A stretch of DNA of 64,000 nucleotides from Eledone cirrhosa. Its lineage: Eukaryota. A model generated the notes under the pieces. That model worked only from the letters and a program-made list of their open reading frames with translations, searched no databases and was not told where the DNA came from. Positions within the stretch are counted from its first letter, which is position 1; the number at the start of each line of letters is the position of its first letter. The position numbers and the translations under genes are program-made. The DNA is taken from positions 31,992,001-32,056,000 of the forward strand of contig OZ024757.1 in NCBI GenBank assembly GCA_964016885.1, in the 5' to 3' direction. Below are positions 1 through 16,752 of the stretch, one piece after another.

Positions 1-100
1 TAGAATGGGTAATATGAAAAATTTCAGGACCCTGACGGCTGAGCACCGGCCGTTTCAACAGCTAGATCCGAACGTCGGGGCCCTGAATCTTTTCATATAT
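1..100. mobile_element. Family A HHR-related fold-back island, diverged, one arm partly deleted, cut by window edge
   Basis: Matches 290-410 and 26019-26160 (gggtaata...gaccctgacggctgagc...ccgtttc); residual inverted arm gtcggggccctgaatcttttcat. Confidence 0.6.
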
Positions 101-180
101 ATAACTGATAATTTTGATAAATTTTGGCCAGTATTGGCCCAGGCCATGCCTAACTTAATAGCACCACCTGGCAATATGTG

Positions 181-221
<41 letters not shown>

Positions 222-223
<2 letters not shown>

Positions 224-407
224 CGAAGGAAATGTGATAAGGAACCAGGTGGACCATAACGCACCAAAGTACTCAATACTTAGGGTAGTAGAGTGGGTAA
301 TAGGAACAAGTAAGACCCCGACGGCTGAGCTCAAGCCGTTTCGACGGCTAATTCAGTCCAGAATTAGCCGTCGAAACGGCTTGAGCTCAGCCGTCGGGGT
401 CTTACTT

Positions 408-410
<3 letters not shown>
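222..410 (-). mobile_element. Family A island in (TA)n: 50-bp perfect inverted repeat carrying the 3' half of a hammerhead, plus tail (PLE pLTR-like remnant)
   Basis: Arms 305-354 and 361-410, loop agtcca. Each arm reads outward GAAA-CGGC-ttgagctca-GCCG-TC-ggggtc (stem III and GUC site). (TA)n on both sides. Confidence 0.7.
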
Positions 411-447
<37 letters not shown>

Positions 448-460
448 GCGCACGCGCACA

Positions 461-573
461 CAGTGAAAGAGTGAAGAATAACATGGTCGGCTGTACAAAA
501 AGGGTTTTATTTACAGTATTAACAGAGTACTCAACCTCTAACTGGATTACCTAAAACGGTAACTTGTTATCCC

Positions 574-575
<2 letters not shown>
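461..575. mobile_element. Short dispersed island, related to 32010-32120
   Basis: gtgaagaataacatggtcggctgtacaaaaagggttttatttacagta is the near reverse complement of 32055-32110; flanked by microsatellites. Confidence 0.5.
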
Positions 576-612
<37 letters not shown>

Positions 613-829
613 TACATACACACATACATACATACATACATTAACAGACAGATCGAAGCATAAAAGTAAAAATTAACAAGATAAAAGCTAAATCTGGATC
701 TGACATTAAAATGGCGTGTATAAGGAAAATTTTATAGGTGTATATAAAATGGTGTCATATATATACATTTATATATATATATATATGCATATATAAATAT
801 ATATATCAAGAGAGAGAGAGGGGGGGGGG

Positions 830-926
830 AGGTTTCCAAAAATTGTATACACACTTTGATTACCTGTGCAGATAATATTTATTAGAACGCTGTTAAAGTA
901 TGTATATATTTTTGGGGGACAGCCTG
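830..926. mobile_element. Tiny Tc1/mariner-type MITE (degenerate copy)
   Basis: Ends tttttgggggacagcctg-TA; same family as 9018-9096, 52936-53011 and 54363-54434. Confidence 0.6.
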
Positions 927-964
927 TATATATGATGGAGTTTAGTGAGATTTTGAACAATTGC

Positions 965-1770
965 TCCCTGTGCATAGTTCTTTGTTTGCAGTGGTTTTTG
1001 GTGTTATTATTGTTGTTGTTTGTATTAAATGTTTGTTGTGGTTACTGTTGTTGTTGTTGGCGGTGGTTGTATTAATGTTTGGTGTTGTTGTTGTTGGTGG
1101 TTTTATTAATGTTTGCTGTGGTTACTGCTGCTACTGTTGTTGTGGTTGTATTGTTTGTTGTGGTTACTGTTGTCGTTGTTGTTGTTGTTGGTGTTGTTGT
1201 TGTTTGTATTAATGTTTGTTGTTACTGCTGTTGTTGTTGTTGTTGTTGGTGGTGGTGGTTGTATTAATGTTTGGTGTTGTTGGTGGTTTTATTAATGTTT
1301 GCTGTGGTTACTGTTGTTGTTGTTGTTGTTGTTGGTAGTGGTTGTATTAATGTTTGTTGTTGTTGTTGTTGTTGGTAGTGGTTGTATTAATGTTTGTTGT
1401 GGTTAGTGTTGGTGTTGTTGTTGTTGTTATTGTTGGTAGTGGTTGTATTAATGTTTGTTGTGGTTGCTGTTGTTGTTGGTTCTATTATTTACTGCTGTTG
1501 TTGTTGCTGTTGTTGGTTCTCTTATTATTTACTGTTGGTGGTGTTGTTGTTGTTGCTGGTTGTATTAATGTTTGGTGTTGTTGGTGGTGGTTGTATTGTT
1601 AGCTGTTGGTGTTGTTGCTTCTCTTATTATTTACTGTTGGTGTTGTTGTTGTTGTTGATGATGCTGGTTGTATTAATGTTTGGTGTTGTTGGTGGGGGTT
1701 GTATTGTTAGCTGTTGGTGTTGTTGTTGGTGTTGTTGCTTCTCTTATTATTTACTATTGCTGTTGTTGTA
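965..1770. repeat. (GTT/GGT)n-derived compound minisatellite
   Basis: Recurrent tgtattaatgttt motif within GTT triplet runs. Confidence 0.9.
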
Positions 1771-2039
1771 GTGAAATGCATGGTTCTTTGGTCCTTTAGT
1801 TAAATATATAATCGTTTATTTACTTCTATAGTCTAGACTAACAGCAAGACCTCCAATCTGGGACAGTAATAAAATTATTTATTCGTTTATAACTTCACCT
1901 TTTATGGCTTTATTAGGTATTATGACCATACCACCCTCTCACTGTGTGTTACCCTCTCTCTAACCCCCCTCTACCCCTCTCTCTCCACCCCTCTCTCTCC
2001 ACCCCTCTCTCTCCACTCTCCCCCCCTTTCTCTCTCTCT

Positions 2040-2368
2040 ATATATATAGATATCTATATATAATATATATAATAATGCATATATCTGTATCATGTCAAAT
2101 AGGTATATATATCCATATATACATACATATGTGTATATATTGTGTATAGATATATATATGCATTACATACATATGTGTATATATATTGTGTGTGTATATA
2201 TATATATATAATGTATATATCTGTATAATGTAAAATAGGTATATATATAAACATCCATATGTGTATATATTGCATATAAATGTATATATATATATGTGTG
2301 TGTGAATATATGTATGCATATATTTATGTGTGTGTATATATATATGCATATATATATGTATATAGATA

Positions 2369-2424
<56 letters not shown>

Positions 2425-2446
2425 AATATATTTATGCATATATTTA

Positions 2447-2500
<54 letters not shown>

Positions 2501-2564
2501 AATATATTTATGCATATATTTATGTGTGTGTATATATATATGCATATATATATGTATATAGATA

Positions 2565-2608
<44 letters not shown>

Positions 2609-2644
2609 AATATATGCATATATTTATGTGTGTATATATATATA

Positions 2645-2700
<56 letters not shown>

Positions 2701-2724
2701 AATATATGCATATATTTATGTGTG

Positions 2725-2784
<60 letters not shown>

Positions 2785-3219
2785 ACATGTCACTGATCGT
2801 CTGTTTTCTGATCCCTATAAAATATTCTATCTGCTGTAATGAATTAGACATATACCATCCCCGACCCCAAGCCCATCACCACCCCCACCACCAGCAGGTG
2901 TTGCTCATCAGCCCCCCCCCCCCTACTTCACCACATTCAACCCCCAGTAATCCCCAGTGACCCCCAAACGTATTATATATAATTGTTAACAGGTAGTGTC
3001 TCTCTTGACAATAGAAACAATAATACTCTTTATTTGTGTTACCTTAACACTTAACTCCGCCATTATATCTGTGTATATGTGTGTGTGTGTATATATATGT
3101 GTATATATATATATATATATGTGTGTGTGTATATATATGTGTGTGTATATATATGTGTGTGTGTATATATATATATGTGTATATATATATATATGTGTGT
3201 ATATATATATATATTTATA

Positions 3220-3264
<45 letters not shown>

Positions 3265-3965
3265 ATGTGTATATATATATATATTTATATATATATATGT
3301 GTATATATATATATTTATATATATATATGTGTATATATATATATTTATATATATATATGTGTATATATATATATTTATATATATATATATGTGTATATAT
3401 ATATATTTATATATATATATATATATGTGTATATATATATATTTATATATATATATATATATGTGTATATATATATATTTATATATATATATATATATGT
3501 GTATATATATATATTTATATATATATATATATGTGTATATATATATATTTATATATATATATATATGTGTATATATATATATATGTGTATATATATATAT
3601 TTATATATATATATATATGTGTATATATATATATTTATATATATATATATATGTGTATATATATATATTTATATATATATATATATGTGTATATATATAT
3701 ATGTATATATATATATATGTGTATATATATATATGTATATATATATATATTTATATATATATGTATATATATATATATTTATATATATATGTGTATATAT
3801 ATATATTTATATATATATATATGTGTATATATATATATTTATATATATATATGTGTCTGTATGTGCATATATATATGTGTGTGTGTGTGTGAATGAGTGC
3901 ATACTAATGTGTGTCTACGTATGAGTGTGTGCATACGTATGTATATATATATGTATGCATGTGTA
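2040..3965. repeat. (TA)n/(TG)n compound microsatellite blocks
   Basis: Direct inspection; one short unique interruption at about 2780-3065. Confidence 0.95.
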
Positions 3966-4143
3966 TATCTGTGCGTGTGTTTTGTATGATTTACCATAGA
4001 CTCGGTTTGGGGTTCGACTCAGACTTTGTTATAGAATTATGACTGAACCTGGATCTCCCTGAGAAGTATGTTAAGAGCAACTGGAACGCTCATCGTCGAA
4101 ACCGATATAAGTCCGTTCTAGGTGCATTTAACTTATAAAGAGT

Positions 4144-4188
<45 letters not shown>

Positions 4189-4190
<2 letters not shown>

Positions 4191-4377
4191 CGAAGGGATT
4201 GTGGTAAGGAACCAGTTGGACCATAACGCACCAAAGTACTCAATACTTAGGGTAGTAGAGTAGATAATAGGAACAAGTATGACCCCGACGGCAGAGCTCA
4301 AGCCGTTTCGACGGCTATTTCTGGATAGAAATAGCTGTCGAAACGGCTTGAGCTCTGCCGTCGGGGTCATACTTGTT

Positions 4378-4382
<5 letters not shown>
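4189..4382 (-). mobile_element. Family A island, second near-complete copy
   Basis: Aligns end to end with 222-410; arms 4267-4322 and 4327-4382 with one mismatch; (TA)n on both sides. Confidence 0.7.
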
Positions 4383-4453
<71 letters not shown>

Positions 4454-4454
<1 letters not shown>

Positions 4455-4642
4455 ACCGGGTTCAATTGGGGGGTAACCTCAGTAAGTAAGGTACTCAATA
4501 CATAACAGTATAAATATATTTAACATAGAAATGGCTTCTACAGGACTAGAACTGTTTCATTCGAAGGAAATCATTAGGGCTTTCCTGTTGATTTGCTTCG
4601 AATGAAACAGTTCTAGTCCTGTAGAAGCTATTTCTATATCAA

Positions 4643-4645
<3 letters not shown>
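4454..4645 (-). mobile_element. Family B island: two head-to-head hammerhead cores plus tail
   Basis: Inverted repeat about 4515-4645; consensus CTGATGA-tttccttcgaat-GAAA-CAG-ttctagtc-CTG-TA-GAAGC; homologous to 19200-19395. Confidence 0.7.
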
Positions 4646-4677
<32 letters not shown>

Positions 4678-4680
4678 AGT

Positions 4681-4822
4681 GTGAGAAAAACCACAAACCC
4701 TCCATCTCAATTCTACTTTTGAAAAGCGCAAGAACTGCGAAACCGGTAAAGGAACCAAATAAATACATATTTAAAAGAAAAAAGACTCCAATTGTATTTT
4801 CGATTTCATCTTTTTCCCCTAT
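4681..4822 (+). mobile_element. Family C island with minimal HHR (U3-A8 core)
   Basis: TTGAAAA 4719-4725, degenerate stem II, GAAA-CCGG-TA; homologous to 5948-6090 and 40642-40780. Confidence 0.65.
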
Positions 4823-5018
4823 ATAGAGATCTTGCCTTGAGCTGATCGATAGAGAAACATATGTAATATATTAATAAATATGATATGATGCAACACTGAA
4901 ACCTCGTTCTTTATAATATTATACTCTGCTCTCGGCAAACATCACGTGCTCAACCGACATACCGCCTACGAACGCATTTATCTTGCAACCTTACAACGAT
5001 ATATATATATAAATATAT

Positions 5019-5182
5019 ATATTTATTAAAATAACAGATTAAAGTTTAAGCAAAGAATCGCCGCTTTCACCCTAATCTGTTATTTTAATAAATATTTGCT
5101 CCACAGTTCTTATATATTTGATATATATTTATCCTTATCGAGCCCTCTTTGGATTTTAGTCTTCAAATTTATTATTATTACT
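5019..5182. mobile_element. Family D island with most of one palindrome arm deleted
   Basis: Homologous to 25795-26005; junction ctttcaccct/aatctgttatt. Confidence 0.6.
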
Positions 5183-5388
5183 ATAAATATATATATATAT
5201 ATATATATAAATATCTTTAAGTCGTTTGGAAGCCTCGACAATGCAAATGGGTAAATCTCCGGGTAACAAGATCCGGTGGTGGGGAGAGAGATGTAAGTGG
5301 GTGTACGTTGAGATGCGTGGTGTGTAAAGATGTGTAAATGTGTAGAAGAAAGAAGGGAAGAGTATAAAGGATATATATATATATATAT

Positions 5389-5730
5389 GCAAAGAGATAT
5401 TTAATTTGCTGGTAATTCAACAAATTTATTTTTAACAGATTCGAAGCACTCGACAAGTTTCCTGGAGTCTAATATCAATGATATTAATAAATGGAAACTA
5501 TATTTATAAAACCATATTTATTCTATTATATATATTTCAAGGGTACCAAAACACTTTGGTACGCTCTCATCAGATAAAATACAAAATTTGTTTCATAAAT
5601 AGTGACATACCCCAGAAACAAGACCTTATCGGTTCAGGTTCAGTTTGGATAGTGAAAGAAAAAGAGAAAACTTTCAAATCATTAGGATGGATATGTAAAT
5701 GAAGTATAAGCGTAGACTGAAAAAAATCGT
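5389..5730 (-). mobile_element. Family E island (PLE pLTR-like) containing a complete HHR
   Basis: Homologous to 17975-18140, 18526-18672 and 18726-19120; (TA)n flanks. Confidence 0.65.
5520..5580 (-). ncRNA. Type I hammerhead ribozyme
   Basis: Minus strand: attttat-CTGATGA-gagcGTACCAAA gtgt TTTGGTACcctt-GAAA-tatata-TA-atagaat. Stem I pairs with one G-U; stem III is palindromic ATATATAT. Confidence 0.75.
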
Positions 5731-5740
5731 TATATATATA

Positions 5741-5800
<60 letters not shown>

Positions 5801-5803
<3 letters not shown>

Positions 5804-6150
5804 AAGAGATGAAATCGAAAATGCAACTGGAGTCTTATTTTTTTTTAAAATATATATATTTATTTGGTTTCTTTACCGGTTTCGCAGTTCTTCTGCTTTT
5901 CAAAGGGTGAGTTGAGATGGAGGGTTGGTCTCAGAGACCAACCAGATGTGAGAAAAACCACAGACCCTCCATCTCAACTCACCCTTTGAAAAGCAGAAGA
6001 ACTGCGAAACCGGTAAAGGAACCAAATAAATATATATATTTTAAAAAAAAATAAGACTCCAGTTGCATTTTCGATTTCATCTCTTTTTCTTTATACTTTC
6101 ACTCGTGTAGGACACCTCGGTTATTTTTCATTTTGTAAAAAAAACATCAC

Positions 6151-6157
<7 letters not shown>
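5801..6157 (+). mobile_element. Family C fold-back: about 120-bp inverted arms, each with a minimal HHR
   Basis: Arms about 5804-5925 and 5964-6085. Plus-strand HHR: TTGAAAA(5986-92)-GCAG aagaa CTGC-GAAA-CCGG-TA(6014-15). Small hairpin ggttggtctc/gagaccaacc in spacer. Confidence 0.75.
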
Positions 6158-6192
<35 letters not shown>

Positions 6193-6329
6193 ATTGTGTG
6201 TATATATATATATATGTTTATATGTGTATCTATTCACGTGTTCAAATATACGTATGCGTTTCTATGTATGTGTGTATGTATACATGCCTCTATGCGTAAG
6301 AATGTGTGTGTGTGTGTGTCTGCATGACT

Positions 6330-7760
6330 TTATAGATATATGTATGTATGTCACTTTGTGTATGCATGGATGTCTCTATATCCATGTATATGTATATATG
6401 TATGTCTCCTTGTGTATGTCTTTATATATATGTATGTATGTCTCTTTGTGTATGCATGGATGTCTCTATATCTATGTATATATGTCTGTCTCCTTGTGTA
6501 TGTCTTTATATATATATATGTATGTATGTCCCTTTGTGTATACATGGATGTCTCTATATCCATGTATATGTATATATGTATGTCTCCTTGTGTATGTCTT
6601 TATATATGTATGTATGTCTCTTTGTGTATACATGGATGTCTCTATATCCATGTATATATGTATGTCTCCTTGTGTATGTCTTTATATATATGTATGTCCC
6701 TTTGTGTATGCATGGATGTCTATATCTATGTATATGTGTATGCATCTATTTATATATATGTATATCTCCTTGTGCATGTCTTTATATATATGTATGTATG
6801 TCTCTTTGTGTATGCATTGATGTCTCTATATCCATGTTTATGTATATATGTATGTCTCCTTGTGTATGTCTTTATATATATATGTATGTATGTCTCTTTG
6901 TGTATACATGGATGTCTCTATATCTATGTATATATGTATGTCTCCTTGTGTATGTCTTTATATATGTATGTATGTCTCTTTGTGTATGCATGGATGTCTC
7001 TATATCCATGTATATGTATATATGTATGTCTCCTTGTGTATGTCTTTATATATATGTATGTATGTCCCTTTGTGTATACATGGATGTATATATGTATGCA
7101 TCTATTTATATATATGTCTCCTTGTGCATGTCTTTATATATATATATATGTCTCCTTGTGTATGTCTTTATATATATGTATGTATGTCCCTTTGTGTATG
7201 CATGGATGTCTATATCTATGTATATGTGTATGCATCTATTTATATATATGTATATCTCCTTGTGTATGTCTTTATATATATATATGTATGTATGTCTCTT
7301 TGTGTATGCATTGATGTCTCTATATCCATGTTTATGTATATATGTATGTCTCCTTGTGTATGTCTTTATATATATGTATGTATGTCTCTTTGTGTATGCA
7401 TGGATGTCTATATCTATGTATATATGTATGGATGTCTATATCTATGTATATATGCATGGATGTCTATATCTATGTATATATGTATGCATCTCTTTATATA
7501 TATGTATGTCTCCTTGTGTATGTCTTTATATATATATATGTATGTATGTCCCTTTGTGTATACATGGATGTCTATATCTCTGTATATATGTATGCATCTA
7601 TTTATATATATGTATATCTCCTTGTGCGTGTCTTTATATATATGTATGTATGTCTCTTTGTGTATGCATGAATGTCTCTACGTCCATGCATATATATATA
7701 TATATATATATTACTTTGTGTATGCATGAATGTCTCTATGTCCATGCATATATGTATATA
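6330..7760. repeat. Complex minisatellite, about 85-95 bp variable unit built from TATG/TGTC motifs
   Basis: Recurring tctttgtgtatgcatggatgtctctatatc...ctccttgtgtatgtctttata. Confidence 0.9.
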
Positions 7761-7990
7761 TATGTTACTATGTGTATGTTTGTCTGTACGTGTGTGTCCA
7801 ATATCCAAATGTAAGTCACCATCACTGAAACCCATTCTGCCTAACATTATAGTATTTCCGTTGATAGAAAAACCGAAACTACAATATTATACTCCGCCGT
7901 TTCGTTTCCCAAGTATGTTTTTTGTAATAATAAAAATAATATATATATATATATATATATGTACTTAGATATACATATGTACTTATAGAT

Positions 7991-8030
<40 letters not shown>

Positions 8031-8451
8031 GATATATATATGTACTTACAGATAATATATAAATATATATATATTTATATATATGTAATTAGATATATAT
8101 ATGTACTTACAGATTATATATATATATATACTTATATATATGTATATATAAGTATATATACTTATATATATGTACTTAGATATATATATGTACTTACAGA
8201 TTATATATATATATATATATATATACTTATATATATATATATATATATACTTATATATATGTATATATAAGTATATATACTTATATATATGTACTTAGGT
8301 ATATATATGTACTTACAGATTATATATATATATATACTTATATATATGTATATATAAGTATATATATGTACTTACAGATTATATATATATATATATATAC
8401 TTATATATATGTATATATAAGTATATATACTTATATATATGTACTTACAGA

Positions 8452-8503
<52 letters not shown>

Positions 8504-8763
8504 TGTTCTATTTTTTAAAATATTCTGTATTGTTTTATTCTCTTTGCCTGCTTTCTTTCTTTCTTTCTTTCTACCGTGCTTTTGATTTGATGTGATCCGT
8601 TCGTCTTTTACACCACCTTATCTTCGTATATATCGGAGTGCAGATTTGTGTGTGTGTGTATTTCTATGTGTGTATCTCTGTGCGTGGGGTGTATGTGTTT
8701 GTGTTTGTTGGTTTATATGGGAATTTTGTTCGTAAAAAATCTACCACAAACACTATACACACG

Positions 8764-8817
<54 letters not shown>

Positions 8818-8963
8818 TACATACATGCACACACACGTGTGTGTGTATGTACGTGTATATATATATACATATATTGTTTGTGGTAGATTTATATTTATAT
8901 ATAATTCCTTCCATACATTGAACCGTTTGTTTTGTTATTTCTGTTTACCTTTTACACACACAC

Positions 8964-9015
<52 letters not shown>

Positions 9016-9017
9016 GA

Positions 9018-9096
9018 GAGGGCGTCCCCCAAAATGTATCCACATTTTGATTAGAATGCTGTTCAAGTGTGTATACATTTTTGGGGGGACAGCCTG
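9018..9096. mobile_element. Tiny Tc1/mariner-type MITE
   Basis: TIRs agggcgtcccccaaaatgtat / atacatttttggggggacagcctg, TA on the right. Confidence 0.7.
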
Positions 9097-9099
9097 TAT

Positions 9100-9327
9100 A
9101 TAAAATCTCTAAACTGAACATAACATCAAGATTGCTTCTGCGATGCCCGAAGACTTCAAAATACGAAGGAACTTTTTCAGATTCTGTCATCTTCTGTCCA
9201 TTTCCACTGACGGTAATGTTTTTCCGTTGCCCAATCACTGCTGTTTCTAATGATCTTTTATCGATAACTGGACTGATGGGCTCACAACAACAACAACAGC
9301 AAGAGCAGCAGCAAAAACAACATTCAT
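9100..9327 (-). CDS. Candidate host exon: Cys string followed by a hydrophilic tail
   Basis: Strong acceptor ttttttcttgtttgtttgtttacag on minus strand; open frame ECCFCCCSCCCCCCEPISPVIDKRSLE...PSYFEVF. No homology recognised; 3' boundary uncertain. Confidence 0.3.
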
Positions 9328-9436
9328 CTGTAAACAAACAAACAAGAAAAAATGGCGACAACAAGAAACAAGGAGACTTGTAAACAGCAATCTCAACAAC
9401 AGTAAAAATATAAGAATGACAGATAAAGAATTTCAA

Positions 9437-9469
<33 letters not shown>

Positions 9470-9524
9470 CACACACACGGACACACATACACTCACACAC
9501 ACAAACATATATATTTATATGAGT

Positions 9525-9568
<44 letters not shown>

Positions 9569-9629
9569 AAGTGGGTATATATATATAGATATGCATATAT
9601 GTAGGCATGTAGATGTATCTCTCTTTGTA

Positions 9630-9681
<52 letters not shown>

Positions 9682-9731
9682 CCTCCTTGCTCTCTCTCCC
9701 TCCTTGCTCTCTCTTTCTCTCTCTATGTAGG

Positions 9732-9780
<49 letters not shown>

Positions 9781-9998
9781 GCATAGATATACTGAAGCAA
9801 AATTGAAATGTCTCTTTTTCCCAGGGGCCTCAGTAACCTAAGCACTAATGGTTGGATTACAACCCAAGTACCACACACGCACACACACTCGTATACACAC
9901 ACATACTCGTATACACACACACGTACACACACAGACACACAAGCGCGTGCAAGCTATTATAACACCATGACTGCAGATAAATCACAAACAGAATCGAG

Positions 9999-10034
<36 letters not shown>

Positions 10035-10059
10035 CAAAAAATCACAATCGTCTTACGAC

Positions 10060-11300
10060 AACTACCACTATCACTACCACTCCCACCACCATCACTACCA
10101 CTCCCACCACCATCACTACCACTCCCACCACCATCACTACCACTCCCACCACCATCACTACCACTCCCACCACCATCACTACCACTCCCACCACCATCAC
10201 TACCACTCCCACCACCATCACTACCACTCCCACCACCATCACTACCACTCCCACCACCATCACTACCACTCCCACCACCATCACTACCACTCCCACCACC
10301 ATCACTACCACTCCCATCACTACCACTCCCACCACCAGCACTACCACTCCCACCACCAGCACTACCACTCCCACCACCAGCACTACCACTCCCACTCCCA
10401 TCACTACCACTTCTACCACCATCACCAATATTACCATCAACACCACCACCACAAGAGCATCAACACTATCACTACCACCACCATCACTACCACTATCACC
10501 ACCATCACTACCACCACCACCATCACTACCACCACCACCATCATCACACCACCACCATCAAGACCAACACCACCACCATCACTACCACTACCTCTACCAC
10601 CACCATCACTACCACTACCTCTACCACCACCATCACTACCACTATCACTACCACCATCATCACACCACCACCATCAAGACCAACACTACCACCATCACTA
10701 ACACTACCTCTACCAGCACATCACTACCACATCACTACCACCACCACCACTACCACCACTACCACCAACACCACTACCATCACCATTAACACATCACTAC
10801 CTCCACCACCACACCACCACCACCACTACAACCACTACCACCACCACCACCAACACCACCAGCACTACCACCAACACCAGCACTACCACCACCACCAGCA
10901 CTACTACCACCACCACCAACACTACCACCACCACCAACACTACCACCACCACCAACACTACCACCACCACCAACACTACCACCACCACTACCACCACCAC
11001 CACCACCAACACCACCAGCACTACCACCACCACCAGCAGCACTACCACCACCACCAACACCACCAGCACTACCACCACCACCAGCACTACTACCACCACC
11101 ACCAACACTACCACCACCACTACCACCACCACCAACACCACCACCAACACCACCAGCACTACCACCACCACCAGCAGCACTACCACCACCACCACCAGCA
11201 CTACCACCAACACCACCACCACTACCACCACCACCACCACTACCACCACCACCAACACCACCACCACCACCACCACCACTACCACCAACACCACAACAAT
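10060..11300. repeat. CAC/ACC-rich repeats including a 21-bp tandem (cactaccactcccaccaccat)
   Basis: Exact 21-bp period about 10072-10310, then ACC/ACT triplet arrays. Confidence 0.9.
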
Positions 11301-11409
11301 ACCAACAAGACGGTCATATCAAGAGGAAAATATAGAAATAAAAAAAACGAACGTCCCAAAACTTTTTTTTACAAAGACAGAAGATTGTCTAGATTATTAC
11401 CTTGGTCAA

Positions 11410-15821
<4,412 letters not shown>

Positions 15822-16016
15822 CCAACGGTCGAGATAGGAAATTAAAAAAAAGTACATGTAATTTTTTTTTTCCTCTCTGTAATGGCCGACAGAGAATATG
15901 AAAGAGAGGTGTGTGATGTGGTGCGGTGTCCGATAATAACCTGGAGCTGTTATAACTCTCACTTCTTTTACACTTCCTTCACTTCTTTTGACGATATGTA
16001 TTTTAATAAACAACAC

Positions 16017-16086
16017 ATGAAACGTGACGTAGTCTTCATGGCGTTCTTTCTCACTGTTTCATTGGTGCCGGCTTCTTGTTTATCTG
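16017..16086 (+). CDS. Candidate first coding exon encoding a signal peptide
   Basis: MKRDVVFMAFFLTVSLVPASCLS (basic N region, hydrophobic core, small residues), then phase-1 donor G/gtaaca; sits in unique sequence. Confidence 0.35.
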
Positions 16087-16171
16087 GTAACATGTGATAA
16101 GATAGTACTGGCTGGTAGGTTGGTTGTAATGTATGCATTACTTACTTTTTTATGTGTATATATATATATAT

Positions 16172-16290
16172 ATTAATGCAAAATATTAACAAAATAGATA
16201 TTCTTGTGATCAATTATGTTATTATACATATTTCAGAGGTACTGAGTTAAGTTCAACAGTACGCCCTCAGCAGATAAAATATGATGATGC
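16172..16290 (-). mobile_element. Family F island with mutated HHR (CTGCTGA core)
   Basis: Reverse-complement homologue of 40510-40622. Confidence 0.6.
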
Positions 16291-16317
16291 ATGACATACA
16301 CAGACATAGTAGATGGT

Positions 16318-16341
<24 letters not shown>

Positions 16342-16348
<7 letters not shown>

Positions 16349-16560
16349 TGCAAACTCTGCCAAGAGTATTGCAATCGCTTGTCAGATTCAGATGTGTGAC
16401 GCTCGGATATGGCTTTTCAAGCCTGCTAGAGACTTGCACGCCTTCGCACATTGACTATGTATCTCTCTGGCTTGAGGTCCTGCATCAGGTTGCCCGTGAA
16501 CTCTCACAACACCGGGGAGATCATAGTTCACTGGTTCTCTTTGAACATGGCTGAGACTGT
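16342..16560 (-). mobile_element. LINE 3' remnant with C-terminal zinc-finger-like motif (RTE-like)
   Basis: Translation ends CAKACKSLAGLKSHIRASH-stop, followed by a short UTR into (TA)n. Confidence 0.55.
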
Positions 16561-16629
16561 GGCACCTGAGACCAGATTTGCCCAAGAAATTGCAGGCCTT
16601 GTGCCTATATAAGAAACCATTATTTGATA

Positions 16630-16678
16630 CAGGGGCCGGCCGTCGAAGAAACAATACCACACGTTCGGCCGGCACCTG
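16630..16678. mobile_element. 49-bp TA-flanked mini-MITE (mariner-type ends)
   Basis: TA-caggggccggccg ... cggccggcacctg-TA. Confidence 0.5.
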
Positions 16679-16752
16679 TATAATGAAAAGAAATTTTTTT
16701 CGGAAAAAATTATTGGATTTTTCCAAATTTAAAAGTTACTTACGAACTTTCA

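Noticed and set aside
9808-10701. His-rich and Pro/Thr-rich 297-aa ORF
   Set aside because: Produced by a 21-bp and triplet repeats, and it runs through a (TA)n tract; no splice or homology support.
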